Origin: Methanocaldococcus sp. 16A
Lineage (GTDB): Archaea > AGJL01 > Methanococci > Methanococcales > Methanocaldococcaceae
Strand: one strand, 5' to 3'
Assembly: GCA_049860595.1 (NCBI GenBank)
Contig: CP187551.1
Length of the DNA stretch: 64,000 nucleotides
This document shows, in pieces, positions 1 to 9,403 of this stretch. Both the position numbers and the translations under genes were made by a program. Position 1 is the first letter of the stretch. Every line of letters begins with the position of its first letter. The notes below the pieces were generated by a model. It saw only the letters and a list, made by a program, of their open reading frames with translations. It was not told the DNA's origin and did no database searches.

Positions 1-673
1 CCTCTTTAAATCTCTCTGCTGGATTATCACACTTTGGATAATTAACTTTAACAAAATCAGCACCTAAGCATGCTGCAACTCCTGCAGCTCCAGCAATTAA
101 ATGAGGGTCTTTTTCATCTTTAACATTCTTACCCCTTGGATAACTCCAAATTATTGCAATTAATCCATGCCTATGAGCTTCTAATATAACTTTAGATGCC
201 TCTTCAAACATAATATGTTCATATTCACTTCCTGGATATATAGTGTAGCCAACTCCTAATATATTTAGCCCAGAGTTTTCTTTAAACTCAACAACATCTC
301 TAACCGTTACTAACGCTCTGCTTATAGGGTCTCTACTTTTTACTAAATGTGTCTTTGAATTAATCTTTACAATATAAGGAATCTTTTTATAATCCATTCC
401 ATATCTTGCTATTAAACCAAGTTGGGTGGCAAAAGCACAAATCTTTCCCTTACTTGCTATATTAAATAAATGCTCAGGAGTTGCATCTTCTTTAGCAATA
501 TTTTCCCCAAAGAAGTCATCATTTAAATGCTCCATCTTTTGGTCTCCAGCAAATAACATAACATTTCCTGTCTTTTTTGTTAGTTCTAAATAGTTGCTAA
601 TATACTCTTTTTTAACGGTTTCTGGAACAGTTAATGGAATTTTTACATCTCTCTTTCTAAGTTTTTTTACCAT
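1..673 (-). CDS. Class I (DhnA-type) aldolase, fructose-bisphosphate aldolase/DKFP synthase-like; 3' end runs off the window
   Basis: Not in the ORF track. Manual translation from ATG at 673: MVKKLRKRDVKIP...MLFAGDQKMEH...VKINSKT...GYTIYPGSE...WSYPRG...LGADFVKVNYP, matching DhnA-family motifs including the Schiff-base Lys; resembles MJ1585. Confidence 0.85.
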   Translation of the reverse strand, partial: MVKKLRKRDVKIPLTVPETVKKEYISNYLELTKKTGNVMLFAGDQKMEHLNDDFFGENIAKEDATPEHLFNIASKGKICAFATQLGLIARYGMDYKKIPYIVKINSKTHLVKSRDPISRALVTVRDVVEFKENSGLNILGVGYTIYPGSEYEHIMFEEASKVILEAHRHGLIAIIWSYPRGKNVKDEKDPHLIAGAAGVAACLGADFVKVNYPKCDNPAERFKE

Positions 674-760
674 AAAAACCCCCACAATTAATATATGTAT
701 TATACCAAAATAGTATATTATTAACAACATCCTATTAATAAATTCCTGTTGGGGGAAAGT

Positions 761-2197
761 ATGGAACTATTTGAGACACTAAAGAAAAAAATTCCTAAAA
801 AAGAAGTTATAACACCTGAAGAAATGGCAATTATTGATGATAATGCAGAATATTTAGGAATTCCAAAAATATTGCTAATGGAAAATGCTGGAAAGGCTGT
901 TTATGAAGAAATTAAAGATATTGACGCTGAGGAGTATGTTATATTCTGTGGAACTGGAAATAACGGGGGAGATGGGTTTGTTGTGGCAAGGCATTTGGGA
1001 AGAGGGGAAGTTATATTAATAGGAAAAGAATCAGAGATAAAAACTTATGAAGCAAGAGAAAACTTTAAAATACTAAAAAATTTGGCTGAGTTTGGAAATA
1101 TTAATATTAGAGAAATTAAAAGGGCTGAGGAAGTTGAAGATATATTTGAAAGATTAAAGGATAAAAAGGCTGTTATTGTGGATGCGATGATTGGAACTGG
1201 AGTTAAAGGAGAGCTGAGAGAGCCGTTTAAAACAATTGTTGATAAAATTAACGAATTAAAAAAAATAAACAAAGATATTTTCGTTGTTAGTGTAGATGTT
1301 GAAACTGGAAACTTAGAGAGTGATTTAACCATAACTTTCCACAAAAGAAAGACGATAAATAAAGATAATTCCATTGTAAAAGAGATTGGTATTCCAAAAG
1401 AGGCTGAGTATATAGTCGGCTGGGGAGATTTAAAAGCTTTAAAAAGAAGAGATAAGAATAGTCATAAAGGGCAGAATGGAAAAGTTTTAATTATTGGAGG
1501 TAGTAGAGATTTCTTTGGGGCTCCAATATTAGCTGGCTTAGCGGCATTAAAAATTGCTGATTTGGTTGGAATTTTATCAGTTGATAAAGTTATAGACAAG
1601 CTAAATCATCCAGAGTTTATTTTATATAGAGTTGAAGGAGATTATTTAAGCTCTCAACATGTTGATTATGCTTTAAATATAGCTAAAAAGTATGATGTTG
1701 TTATTTTGGGTAATGGTTTATCAGCTAACAATAGAACTAAAGCATTTGTAAATGAATTCCTATCAAAATATGATAAAAAGGTTGTAATTGATGCTGACGC
1801 AATTAAAGTTATTGATTACAGCAACTTTGTATTTAAGGAGAATTATATCTTCACTCCACATAAAAAAGAGTTTGAATACATGAATATTGACTTAGATAAT
1901 ATTGAAGAAATAAAATCAACAATTGTGTTAAAGGGAAGATATGATATAATATTTAACGCCGATAATTTAAAAATAAATAAAACTGGAAATGCTGGTTTAA
2001 CAAAGGGGGGAACTGGAGATGTCTTAGCTGGTTTAATTGGAGCGTTGTTTGCTGTTAATGAACCATTTATTTCAGCATGCTGTGGGGCTTTTATTAATGG
2101 CTATGCTGGAGATTTGTTATTGAAAGAGAAAGGTTATTACTATACTCCCCTTGATTTAATTGAGAAAATCCCTAATGTCTTAAAAATCTTTAAATAG
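761..2197 (+). CDS. nnr: Bifunctional NAD(P)H-hydrate epimerase/dehydratase
   Basis: YjeF-N motifs LMENAG and GNNGGDG; YjeF-C motifs SHKGQNG, DADA, TPH and GGTGDVLAG. ATG at 761 follows a G-rich RBS. Confidence 0.93.
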   Translation: MELFETLKKKIPKKEVITPEEMAIIDDNAEYLGIPKILLMENAGKAVYEEIKDIDAEEYVIFCGTGNNGGDGFVVARHLGRGEVILIGKESEIKTYEARENFKILKNLAEFGNINIREIKRAEEVEDIFERLKDKKAVIVDAMIGTGVKGELREPFKTIVDKINELKKINKDIFVVSVDVETGNLESDLTITFHKRKTINKDNSIVKEIGIPKEAEYIVGWGDLKALKRRDKNSHKGQNGKVLIIGGSRDFFGAPILAGLAALKIADLVGILSVDKVIDKLNHPEFILYRVEGDYLSSQHVDYALNIAKKYDVVILGNGLSANNRTKAFVNEFLSKYDKKVVIDADAIKVIDYSNFVFKENYIFTPHKKEFEYMNIDLDNIEEIKSTIVLKGRYDIIFNADNLKINKTGNAGLTKGGTGDVLAGLIGALFAVNEPFISACCGAFINGYAGDLLLKEKGYYYTPLDLIEKIPNVLKIFK

Positions 2198-2205
2198 GAG
2201 GGATT

Positions 2206-3075
2206 ATGAAGGCGGATTTGCATATACACACAAAATATTCAGGAATTTGTAGATTTTGGAAACTTAAATTTCCCGACTCTGTTGAAGAGCCGAGAAATAT
2301 ATTAAAAGTTGCTAAGAAAAGAGGTATTGAAATTATAGCAATAACAGACCACAATACAATTAGGGGAGGAGTGGAAACAAAAAAATTAGAGAAAGAGTTT
2401 GGAGTAGAGGTTATTGTAGGAAGCGAAATTATGACTACTGAGGGGGAAATTATAGGATTATTTTTAAATGAGGATATACCAAAATATTTAACTCCTGAGG
2501 AGACAATAGAAAGAATTAAAGAACAAGGAGGTTTAGCTATAGCCCCACATCCATATAGCCCAATATGTAAAGCCCTTGGGGATAGAATATTTGATTTAGA
2601 TTTAGATGGAGTTGAGGTTTTTAATGCCTATCATAGAGATGGAATTGTAAATAATATAGCTTTAAATAAGGTTATAAAAAATTATTACAAAAAGCCATTT
2701 GCATTTATTGGTAGTAGTGATGCCCATATATCAAAAATGGTTGGTAATGCATACACCCTATTTGAAGGTAATTCAGCTGATGATTTATATAAAGCAATAA
2801 TTAAAAAAAGAACAACTTTTGGAGGAAAACCTACTCCTTTATATCAAGCCATATTATGGAGTTATGATATTGTTTATGAGTCAGAGAAAATGTTAATAAA
2901 ATCTTTAATATTTAAGATAGATGATGACACTATAGATTCAATAAAATTTCATAAAAAGATTTTAGGAGTTTTTGGAGGATTTATCTATATGTTTACACCT
3001 CTTCCAATAGTTTCAGGATTTTTAGGGAATTATTATCTTAAAAAGAAAGCAAAAGAAAAAATGAAAGAAATATAA
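2206..3075 (+). CDS. PHP-domain metal-dependent phosphoesterase
   Basis: DLHIHT, ITDHNT, APHPY and GSSDAH motifs. Confidence 0.88.
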   Translation: MKADLHIHTKYSGICRFWKLKFPDSVEEPRNILKVAKKRGIEIIAITDHNTIRGGVETKKLEKEFGVEVIVGSEIMTTEGEIIGLFLNEDIPKYLTPEETIERIKEQGGLAIAPHPYSPICKALGDRIFDLDLDGVEVFNAYHRDGIVNNIALNKVIKNYYKKPFAFIGSSDAHISKMVGNAYTLFEGNSADDLYKAIIKKRTTFGGKPTPLYQAILWSYDIVYESEKMLIKSLIFKIDDDTIDSIKFHKKILGVFGGFIYMFTPLPIVSGFLGNYYLKKKAKEKMKEI

Positions 3076-3105
3076 AATGTAATTTATAGTTTGAGAACAT
3101 GATGA

Positions 3106-3303
3106 TGGGGTCTGTCCAACATGTATAGCTTAACATCTATATTGGACTTGGGCGTCATCAACATCGCCTCCCTCTGGGTTCATTGGGAGGCTCTTCATCA
3201 GTCTCTGCCCCTGTCGAGGGGACCCCAACTCCTCCCATTACTTAAATTCGATAATAACTGCCCCTCTTGGGACTTCATTTTCTCCCGCATCTGGGGCAGT
3301 TAT
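3106..3303 (-). ncRNA. Candidate GC-rich structured RNA with a K-loop (unclassified)
   Basis: GC-rich island in AT-rich intergenic DNA. Helices: 3106-3112/3221-3227, 3114-3119/3142-3147, 3166-3172/3185-3191, 3208-3221, and 3254-3264/3293-3303 (11 bp). The minus strand has GCCUCCC-AAU-GA-ACCCA-GA-GGGAGGC (K-loop) and a TTTATATA box at about 3329-3336. Confidence 0.6.
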
Positions 3304-3366
3304 AACTTCTATTTCTTATATATGGATATATATAAACCTTTTGGTAATGAAAATCCATTAATCCAT

Positions 3367-4263
3367 ATGCTTATTGATGGACAGTTTCAAATGGCATTGC
3401 AGATATTTATAAAGATACTACCAATAATGTTTTTTGGAATTCTTTTAGCAAATCTTATGTGCCATCTAAATATTTTATACAAACTTCAAAAATATATAAA
3501 AAATAAATACTTCCCAATAATTGCTGTCTTTTTTGTTAGCTCAACATCAGGTAGTTTTTTATTAAAAAATTTATTAAATAAGGGAGCAATTTCAGAAGAA
3601 AATCTTTTGCCAATCTACTTTTTAGGGATGTTTGTATTTGGAATCCACATAATTTTATTTTATGCCATACCAATGGCTACAAGTTTGGGTTGGTATGTTG
3701 GAGGCAGCTATGTGCTAATAAAATTTTTAGTAACATGCAATTATTTGATTATAAGTGTTTTAATGCTTAAAAAAAGGAAATATGATATTGATATTGAATT
3801 TAAATCAAAATCAGAAGGTTTATATGGAGCTATAAGAGATACATTTAAGCAGTATTTTAGAGTTTTAACTTCGTTTGTCCCATCAGTTTTGATAATAACC
3901 TATCTGATAGAGCATGGTCTATTGGATGTTGTTGAAAATTTTGCAGGTTCTTTATTAAATGCCTTAAATTTATCCCCTACTATTTTAGTAATAGTGCTTA
4001 CAGGGTTAGCTACAATTTCAGGGGCTATAGGTATTGCATCTGGACTTTTAGATGAAAATATATTATCCCCAAATGAAGTTCTCTTTTCATTATTTCTTGC
4101 GGAATTTTTGAATAGGATAGTACTTTATTTGAGAAAGTATTTACCAATACAGCTCTCAATATTTGGAAAAATTGGGGCAAAGTTAGCTACTTTGCATTTA
4201 ATTGTTTATGAGGTATCTTTTTTAATTGTAATGGTTATTTGGTATCTCTTTTTTATTCTATAA
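3367..4263 (+). CDS. Polytopic membrane protein (Gate/nucleoside-recognition-like, uncharacterised)
   Basis: Many hydrophobic segments. The ORF-track start at 3121 runs through the GC-rich structured element, so the in-frame ATG at 3367 (or 3391) is more plausible. Confidence 0.65.
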   Translation: MLIDGQFQMALQIFIKILPIMFFGILLANLMCHLNILYKLQKYIKNKYFPIIAVFFVSSTSGSFLLKNLLNKGAISEENLLPIYFLGMFVFGIHIILFYAIPMATSLGWYVGGSYVLIKFLVTCNYLIISVLMLKKRKYDIDIEFKSKSEGLYGAIRDTFKQYFRVLTSFVPSVLIITYLIEHGLLDVVENFAGSLLNALNLSPTILVIVLTGLATISGAIGIASGLLDENILSPNEVLFSLFLAEFLNRIVLYLRKYLPIQLSIFGKIGAKLATLHLIVYEVSFLIVMVIWYLFFIL

Positions 4264-4304
4264 TGTTAAGAATTTAGTTTTAAAATTTATTTTTAAACAT
4301 CCCA

Positions 4305-4320
4305 ATTAATTTTTCTAATA
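4305..4320. promoter_or_regulatory. Candidate operator (ATTAG-N5-CTAAT family) upstream of the yedE-like genes
   Basis: ATTAATTTTTCTAATA is the exact reverse complement of 16732-16747. Weaker copies lie at 4332 and 4361. Confidence 0.55.
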
Positions 4321-4430
4321 ACCAAATATCCATTAGATTTTTTTACAAAAAATTTTTTATAATTAGAAATTTTAAATAAACCATAGCATCTTCTAAATAC
4401 CATATTAAAAAACCTAAAGATGGTGAGGAA

Positions 4431-4889
4431 ATGAGAATTTCCCCATTAACAGCAGGGTTGATAGGAGGTTTTACAGCAGCAATGTTGCAAGCATTGTTTA
4501 AAGTGTTTCCACCTCCAGCTTATGGTATCTGTATAGCATGTCACACAAGAGATTTAGTAAATTGGATTGTCAATCACTTATTTGGAACTTCATTAGGTTT
4601 AGCTCCTGTATCAAAAGTTTTTCCTGTTTTAACTGTTGTAGGTATCTTTATTGGGGCTTTAATAGCCGCATTTGTTCATAAAGAGTTTAAAATAAAACAA
4701 ACCCACAACCCAGCTATTGGTTTTATTTTAGGAATTTTGGTTATTAATTTTGCCCTATTAATGGGAGGTTGTCCTGTTAGAGAGACTTTAAGAACAGCTT
4801 ATGGAGATATTATAGCGTTGATTAGTTTAATAGCTATGTTTGCTGGGGTAGTTGTAGCTAGTGAGGTTTACTTAAAAAGAAACCTCTAA
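4431..4889 (+). CDS. YedE/YeeE-family sulfur/selenium compound transporter, N-terminal half
   Basis: Hydrophobic protein with GICIACH and GGCP motifs typical of YedE. Confidence 0.8.
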   Translation: MRISPLTAGLIGGFTAAMLQALFKVFPPPAYGICIACHTRDLVNWIVNHLFGTSLGLAPVSKVFPVLTVVGIFIGALIAAFVHKEFKIKQTHNPAIGFILGILVINFALLMGGCPVRETLRTAYGDIIALISLIAMFAGVVVASEVYLKRNL

Positions 4890-4908
4890 AAATGTTTAGG
4901 GTGGTTTT

Positions 4909-5382
4909 ATGGAATATCTTCACGTAATTGGAACATTTGTATTTGGAATAATTTTAGGTTATTTATTCCAGAGAGCAAGAATGTGTTTTGTTGGAGGAAT
5001 GAGAGATTTCTATTTAATAAAAGATACATGGTTAATCAAAGGTTTATTTGGGTTCTTTGCTGGAGCATTAATTGGATATATTATATTTAGTGCTGCTGGA
5101 TTAATTTCAGCATTTCCATGGTTTGTTGATAAAGGATTATCCCCAATACCAGGAGACCCATTGGGCGCAAGTGGAACTTTAATGGGGCATTTAATAGTGG
5201 CTATTATTGGTGGATTTGGAGTAGGATTTTTCTCAGTTATTCAAGGAGGTTGCCCATTAAGAAACTACGTTATGGCTGCTGAAGGGAATAAAACAGCTAT
5301 TGCCTACGTGTTTGGATTAGCCGTTGGAGCAGTTATATTCCATAAGTTTGTAGCTCCATTAGTAAAAGCAATATTAATTTAA
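4909..5382 (+). CDS. YedE/YeeE-family transporter, C-terminal half
   Basis: QRARMCFVGGMRD and GGCPLR...AEG motifs; hydrophobic. Confidence 0.8.
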   Translation: MEYLHVIGTFVFGIILGYLFQRARMCFVGGMRDFYLIKDTWLIKGLFGFFAGALIGYIIFSAAGLISAFPWFVDKGLSPIPGDPLGASGTLMGHLIVAIIGGFGVGFFSVIQGGCPLRNYVMAAEGNKTAIAYVFGLAVGAVIFHKFVAPLVKAILI

Positions 5383-5415
5383 AAATTTAAATCTCTTTTT
5401 TTCTTTTGTGAGAGT

Positions 5416-5886
5416 ATGAAAGGAAAAAAGATAGCTATTGTTTCTCACTGCATATTAAATCAAAATAGTGTTGTTAATGGTTTAGAGAGAGCTGAAGGGG
5501 CTTTTAATGAGGTTGTTGAAATTCTTTTAAAGAATAATTATGCTATAATCCAATTACCATGTCCAGAGTTGCTATATTTAGGAATTAATAGAGAAGGAAA
5601 AACAAAAGAGGAATATGACACAAAAGAATATAGAAAACTATGCAGAGAACTTTTAAAGCCGATAATTAAATATCTGCAAGAATATACAAAAGATGACTTC
5701 AAATTTATTTTAATTGGAATAGAAAACTCTCCAACATGTGATATTTTTAAAAATAGAGGAATCTTAATGGAAGAACTTTTAAAAGAGATTGAGATATTAG
5801 ACATTGATGTTGAGATAATTGCATATCCAAAAAATGAAGAAGATTATGAAGAATTTATAAAAAATTTAAAGAAGATGATAGAATGA
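5416..5886 (+). CDS. TudS-related (DUF523/CD3072-like) putative Fe-S desulfidase
   Basis: SHCILNQN, QLPCPE and SPTC cysteine motifs. Confidence 0.75.
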   Translation: MKGKKIAIVSHCILNQNSVVNGLERAEGAFNEVVEILLKNNYAIIQLPCPELLYLGINREGKTKEEYDTKEYRKLCRELLKPIIKYLQEYTKDDFKFILIGIENSPTCDIFKNRGILMEELLKEIEILDIDVEIIAYPKNEEDYEEFIKNLKKMIE

Positions 5887-6614
5887 TTTTGGGAATAGAT
5901 GTTGGCTCTACAACAACAAAAATGGTTTTAATAGAAGATGAGAGAATAGTTTGGTATAAAATAGAGGATATTGGAGTTGTTATTGAAGAAGATATTTTAT
6001 TAAAAATGGTTAAAGAAATTGAGCAGAAATATTCAATAGATAAAATTATAGCAACTGGATATGGAAGGCATAAGATTAGTTTTGCAGATAAAGTAGTTCC
6101 AGAAGTTATTGCTTTAGGAAAAGGAGCTAATTATTTCTTTAATGATGCGGATGGAGTTGTAGATATTGGAGGACAGGATACAAAGGTTTTAAAAATTAAT
6201 AAAGATGGAAAAGTTATTGATTTTATCCTATCAGATAAATGTGCCGCTGGAACTGGAAAATTCTTAGAAAAATCTTTAGATATTTTAAAAATTAATAAAA
6301 ATGAAGTAAATAAATATAAATCAGATAATGTTGCTAAAATATCATCAATGTGTGCAGTTTTTGCTGAAAGTGAAATAATAAGCTTACTGTCTAAAAAAAT
6401 TCCAAAAGAAGAGATTTTAATGGGAGTTTATGATAGTATAATAAATAGAGTTATTCCAATGATAAACAAGCTTAAAATACATAATATAGTATTTAGTGGT
6501 GGAGTCGCTAAAAATAAAGTTTTCGTTGATATGTTTGAAAAAAAGTTAAATAAAAAGCTTTTAATTCCAGAAGAACCGCAAATTGTTTGCTGCGTTGGAG
6601 CCATATTAGTGTAA
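5883..6614 (+). CDS. ATP-dependent [4Fe-4S] electron-transfer activase (HgdC/BadF; DCCP-reductase-like)
   Basis: GIDVGSTTTK, ATGYGR, DIGGQD, KCAAGTG and SSMCAVFAESE motifs; resembles MJ0004. Confidence 0.9.
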   Translation: MILGIDVGSTTTKMVLIEDERIVWYKIEDIGVVIEEDILLKMVKEIEQKYSIDKIIATGYGRHKISFADKVVPEVIALGKGANYFFNDADGVVDIGGQDTKVLKINKDGKVIDFILSDKCAAGTGKFLEKSLDILKINKNEVNKYKSDNVAKISSMCAVFAESEIISLLSKKIPKEEILMGVYDSIINRVIPMINKLKIHNIVFSGGVAKNKVFVDMFEKKLNKKLLIPEEPQIVCCVGAILV

Positions 6615-6625
6615 ATTTAATATTA

Positions 6626-7765
6626 TTATTTTTCACTTAAGAATAACGGTGGCAAGCTATCATCAACACCTGGAACATAACCAAAGGTATCTCTAATCTT
6701 CAACTGCATTCTGTGGAATATATAAGCTAAAGGGATATCCATTGGGCAGACATCTTCGCATTGCCCACAATTTATACAGCTTTGAGATATATGGCTCAAT
6801 CTAATCCCCTGGAACATTAAAGGATTTGGCGGGATTTTTCCTTTTTCATCAATATAATCTTTCTCTAATCTACATTCAACACAGAAGCAGAGTGGGCAGT
6901 TGTCTCTACAACCATAACACTTTATACACCTATTCCAATATTTCTGCCACTCTTTAAGATTTGGATATTCATCTTCCAAATGTATTTTTTGGAATTTTTT
7001 AGCCAACTTTATCATGACATTCTCTATTTTCTCTCTAATTTGAATTGCCTTTTCTGAAGGTTCTTTAATTTTGATATAGCCTTCTTTTTCAGCATCCTCA
7101 ACTAATTTTTTTCCTTTTTCTGAACAGATTTCAACAAACGTCCAGCCCTTTTCAGCTCCCCAATTTCCACAAGCTAAATCAGCCATTCTTGGAACCATAA
7201 CTTCACATCTTTGGCAGTTCTTCCTTCTACCAAAACCTTTTTCTTCTAACTCATCTATTTTGATAGCTTTATGTTCTCCATTTTTTAATTCAATAATAAA
7301 CTTCCCCTTATCTATTTCTTCCTTAACAACATCTAATGGATTAACTTCATAAAATAGCTCAATCATTTTCATAGCAGTTATTGGACTTATTGTCCCTCCA
7401 CAATTCAAACCAATCATATAGATGTTATCTAAATTTACCTGGTTTAACTTTGCCAACTCTCTAATCGCCATCGCATCACATGGTTTAGTAGAGACAGCAA
7501 TTTTTTTATTACTCAAATATTTGCTAATTATCTTTCCAAAATTTGTTGGTGCACAGTGCAAAGAGCCAGCAGTTTCTATCAATTCATCAGAATTCGTTAT
7601 AAATGCTGGAATTCCATCATAAATATCTTCTCCTCTCTTTAAAGCTAAAACTCCATCAACAAGCTTGTTATCTAATAAATATTTAAATAGGGCTGTTACT
7701 GCCCCTCCACATTCTGCTCTCTTTAAAATTTCATTATCTGTAGCTTGGATTAATGCATATTTCAT
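6626..7765 (-). CDS. fdhB: F420-reactive formate dehydrogenase beta-type subunit (FdhB/ElpB-like)
   Basis: ECGGAVT, GSLHCAP, KPCD, GLNCGG, RKNCQRC and two CxxCxxCxxxCP motifs. Confidence 0.88.
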   Translation of the reverse strand: MKYALIQATDNEILKRAECGGAVTALFKYLLDNKLVDGVLALKRGEDIYDGIPAFITNSDELIETAGSLHCAPTNFGKIISKYLSNKKIAVSTKPCDAMAIRELAKLNQVNLDNIYMIGLNCGGTISPITAMKMIELFYEVNPLDVVKEEIDKGKFIIELKNGEHKAIKIDELEEKGFGRRKNCQRCEVMVPRMADLACGNWGAEKGWTFVEICSEKGKKLVEDAEKEGYIKIKEPSEKAIQIREKIENVMIKLAKKFQKIHLEDEYPNLKEWQKYWNRCIKCYGCRDNCPLCFCVECRLEKDYIDEKGKIPPNPLMFQGIRLSHISQSCINCGQCEDVCPMDIPLAYIFHRMQLKIRDTFGYVPGVDDSLPPLFLSEK

Positions 7766-8880
7766 AATACCACCTTAGTTATTTCTTTTTGAATGTCTTC
7801 TAATGAATTGAACCCTAAATCAATTCCAAGCTTTTCAGCTAAGCTTTTTATTATAAGATAATCATCCATAGCTTCTCCAGGAGGGTTTACAGCTTTGTTT
7901 ATTTTTTGAATTCTTTTATCAGTGTTTGTAAAGGTTCCCTCTTTCTCAGCCCAACAAGTTGAGGGTAGAACTACATCAGCTAATTCAGCTGTTTCACTCA
8001 TTATAATATCTTGGACAACTAAAAATTCAGTATTTTTTAGTGCATCTTTATCGATTAAAGCTGGATTTTCCCCCATTATGTATAAGAACTTTGAGTTTTT
8101 CAATAACTCAAAATATTCATCTTTATTTAAAGGAGGAATGCCAATAAGTGTTGCCCCTACAGTATTGCAGTGCTTAGCAACTGGCAAAACTTTAGCAATT
8201 TTAGGCATTTTATCAACATCTATTGGTGCATTGATTATAATAATAGTGTTTTCATCAACATTACCTAAATCAATATCCTCATAGCTATCAACCTTTACGA
8301 ACTTGTCGGCATTTAATTTTAGGATATCTTTCTCCTCTATATTGAAAATTGTTACCTTAGCCCCTTTATCCTTTGCCCTAACAACCTTTCTTCCAATTAA
8401 TGCATGTTGCCCAAAAACATCACCAATAATTATGATGTTTTTTGCGTTCTCAATGTCATCAATTGTTGTAGAAATTTCAGCATAATTGGCTTTAGGAGAA
8501 TTGCAGATACAATGCCCAATTTTAGCTTTTAAATTATCAGCCAACTTTTTTAATGCATAGTTGTCTTCATTTGTACATTTTCCAGAGGCAATAAATGTTA
8601 TGTCATCAGCATCATAGCTCTTTAATTTCTCTGCAATAAAGCTTAAAGCTTCATCCCAACTGACTTCAACAAACTTTCCATTCTTTTTAATTAATGGCTT
8701 TTTTAATCTTTTCTCATGGTAGATTATTTTGTAGCTATTTTTTCCATTTAGACAGTTTTTTCCTTCACTTATTGGATGTCTCTTGTATGGATAAGTACCA
8801 ACAACTTTGTTATCTTTGACGATCAAATCAATTCCACACCCAACACTACAAGTTGGGCAAATTGTATGAACAACCTTCAT
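7762..8880 (-). CDS. Truncated FdhA-like Fe-S protein (ElpA-like)
   Basis: N-terminal CPTCSVGC...C cluster and [22 protein letters not shown] motifs. Only 372 aa, lacking the central region and C-terminal domain present in the 675-aa FdhA at 51010-53037. Confidence 0.8.
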   Translation of the reverse strand: MKVVHTICPTCSVGCGIDLIVKDNKVVGTYPYKRHPISEGKNCLNGKNSYKIIYHEKRLKKPLIKKNGKFVEVSWDEALSFIAEKLKSYDADDITFIASGKCTNEDNYALKKLADNLKAKIGHCICNSPKANYAEISTTIDDIENAKNIIIIGDVFGQHALIGRKVVRAKDKGAKVTIFNIEEKDILKLNADKFVKVDSYEDIDLGNVDENTIIIINAPIDVDKMPKIAKVLPVAKHCNTVGATLIGIPPLNKDEYFELLKNSKFLYIMGENPALIDKDALKNTEFLVVQDIIMSETAELADVVLPSTCWAEKEGTFTNTDKRIQKINKAVNPPGEAMDDYLIIKSLAEKLGIDLGFNSLEDIQKEITKVVL

Positions 8881-8899
8881 GTTATCACCTTATTATTAT

Positions 8900-9274
8900 T
8901 CATGAGGCAACCTTTTGAGCTGAGATCTCAACAACTGGAATTGTCTTGATTTCAACATGCATTTCCTTTGTGAGATTTATCATGCCTACTAAAATTTGAA
9001 GCAATCTATCCAATATTGATTGTGAGATGTCCTTTGAAATACAGTCAATATTTTCATCGAACTCTACAACTCCCTCAACAATAAACGATATTGAAAGTTC
9101 ATCTATTTTTAAATTGTATACATAACCATATGAGTTGTCACTAATTTTCTTGTATTCAATGTTCCAATCCATATCTAACTCCAACCTCTGATTTTTTGGA
9201 TTTTCTTTTGGTCTTACTAATCTTAGCTTTTCTATGCTTATTTTCATATTCATTATAATCACCGTATTACTCAT
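8900..9274 (-). CDS. Hypothetical protein, first gene of the fdhA-like/fdhB unit
   Basis: 124-aa ORF with a GGAGGTGA RBS and its own TATA box (about 9300-9307); alternating beta-strand pattern. Confidence 0.7.
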   Translation of the reverse strand: MSNTVIIMNMKISIEKLRLVRPKENPKNQRLELDMDWNIEYKKISDNSYGYVYNLKIDELSISFIVEGVVEFDENIDCISKDISQSILDRLLQILVGMINLTKEMHVEIKTIPVVEISAQKVAS

Positions 9275-9403
9275 ACATTAATATCACCTCCCATTTTTGT
9301 ATATAAAATTTACTACTTAATTCAAATTATTATTACTAAAATAATACAAAATTTTAAAAAGTATTACTCAACTGACAAAAAATTATAATTGGGCATTATT
9401 AAT

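Noticed and set aside
3150-3205. Hammerhead ribozyme or fluoride riboswitch reading of the GC-rich element (CUGAUGA; GGCGAUG...UGAUGACGCC)
   Set aside because: No GAAA follows the stem as a hammerhead needs, and the fluoride-like ends lack the intervening helices.
8900-8902. Sec read-through of the TGA stop of the 124-aa ORF
   Set aside because: Another TGA follows four codons later and no SECIS-like hairpin is nearby.
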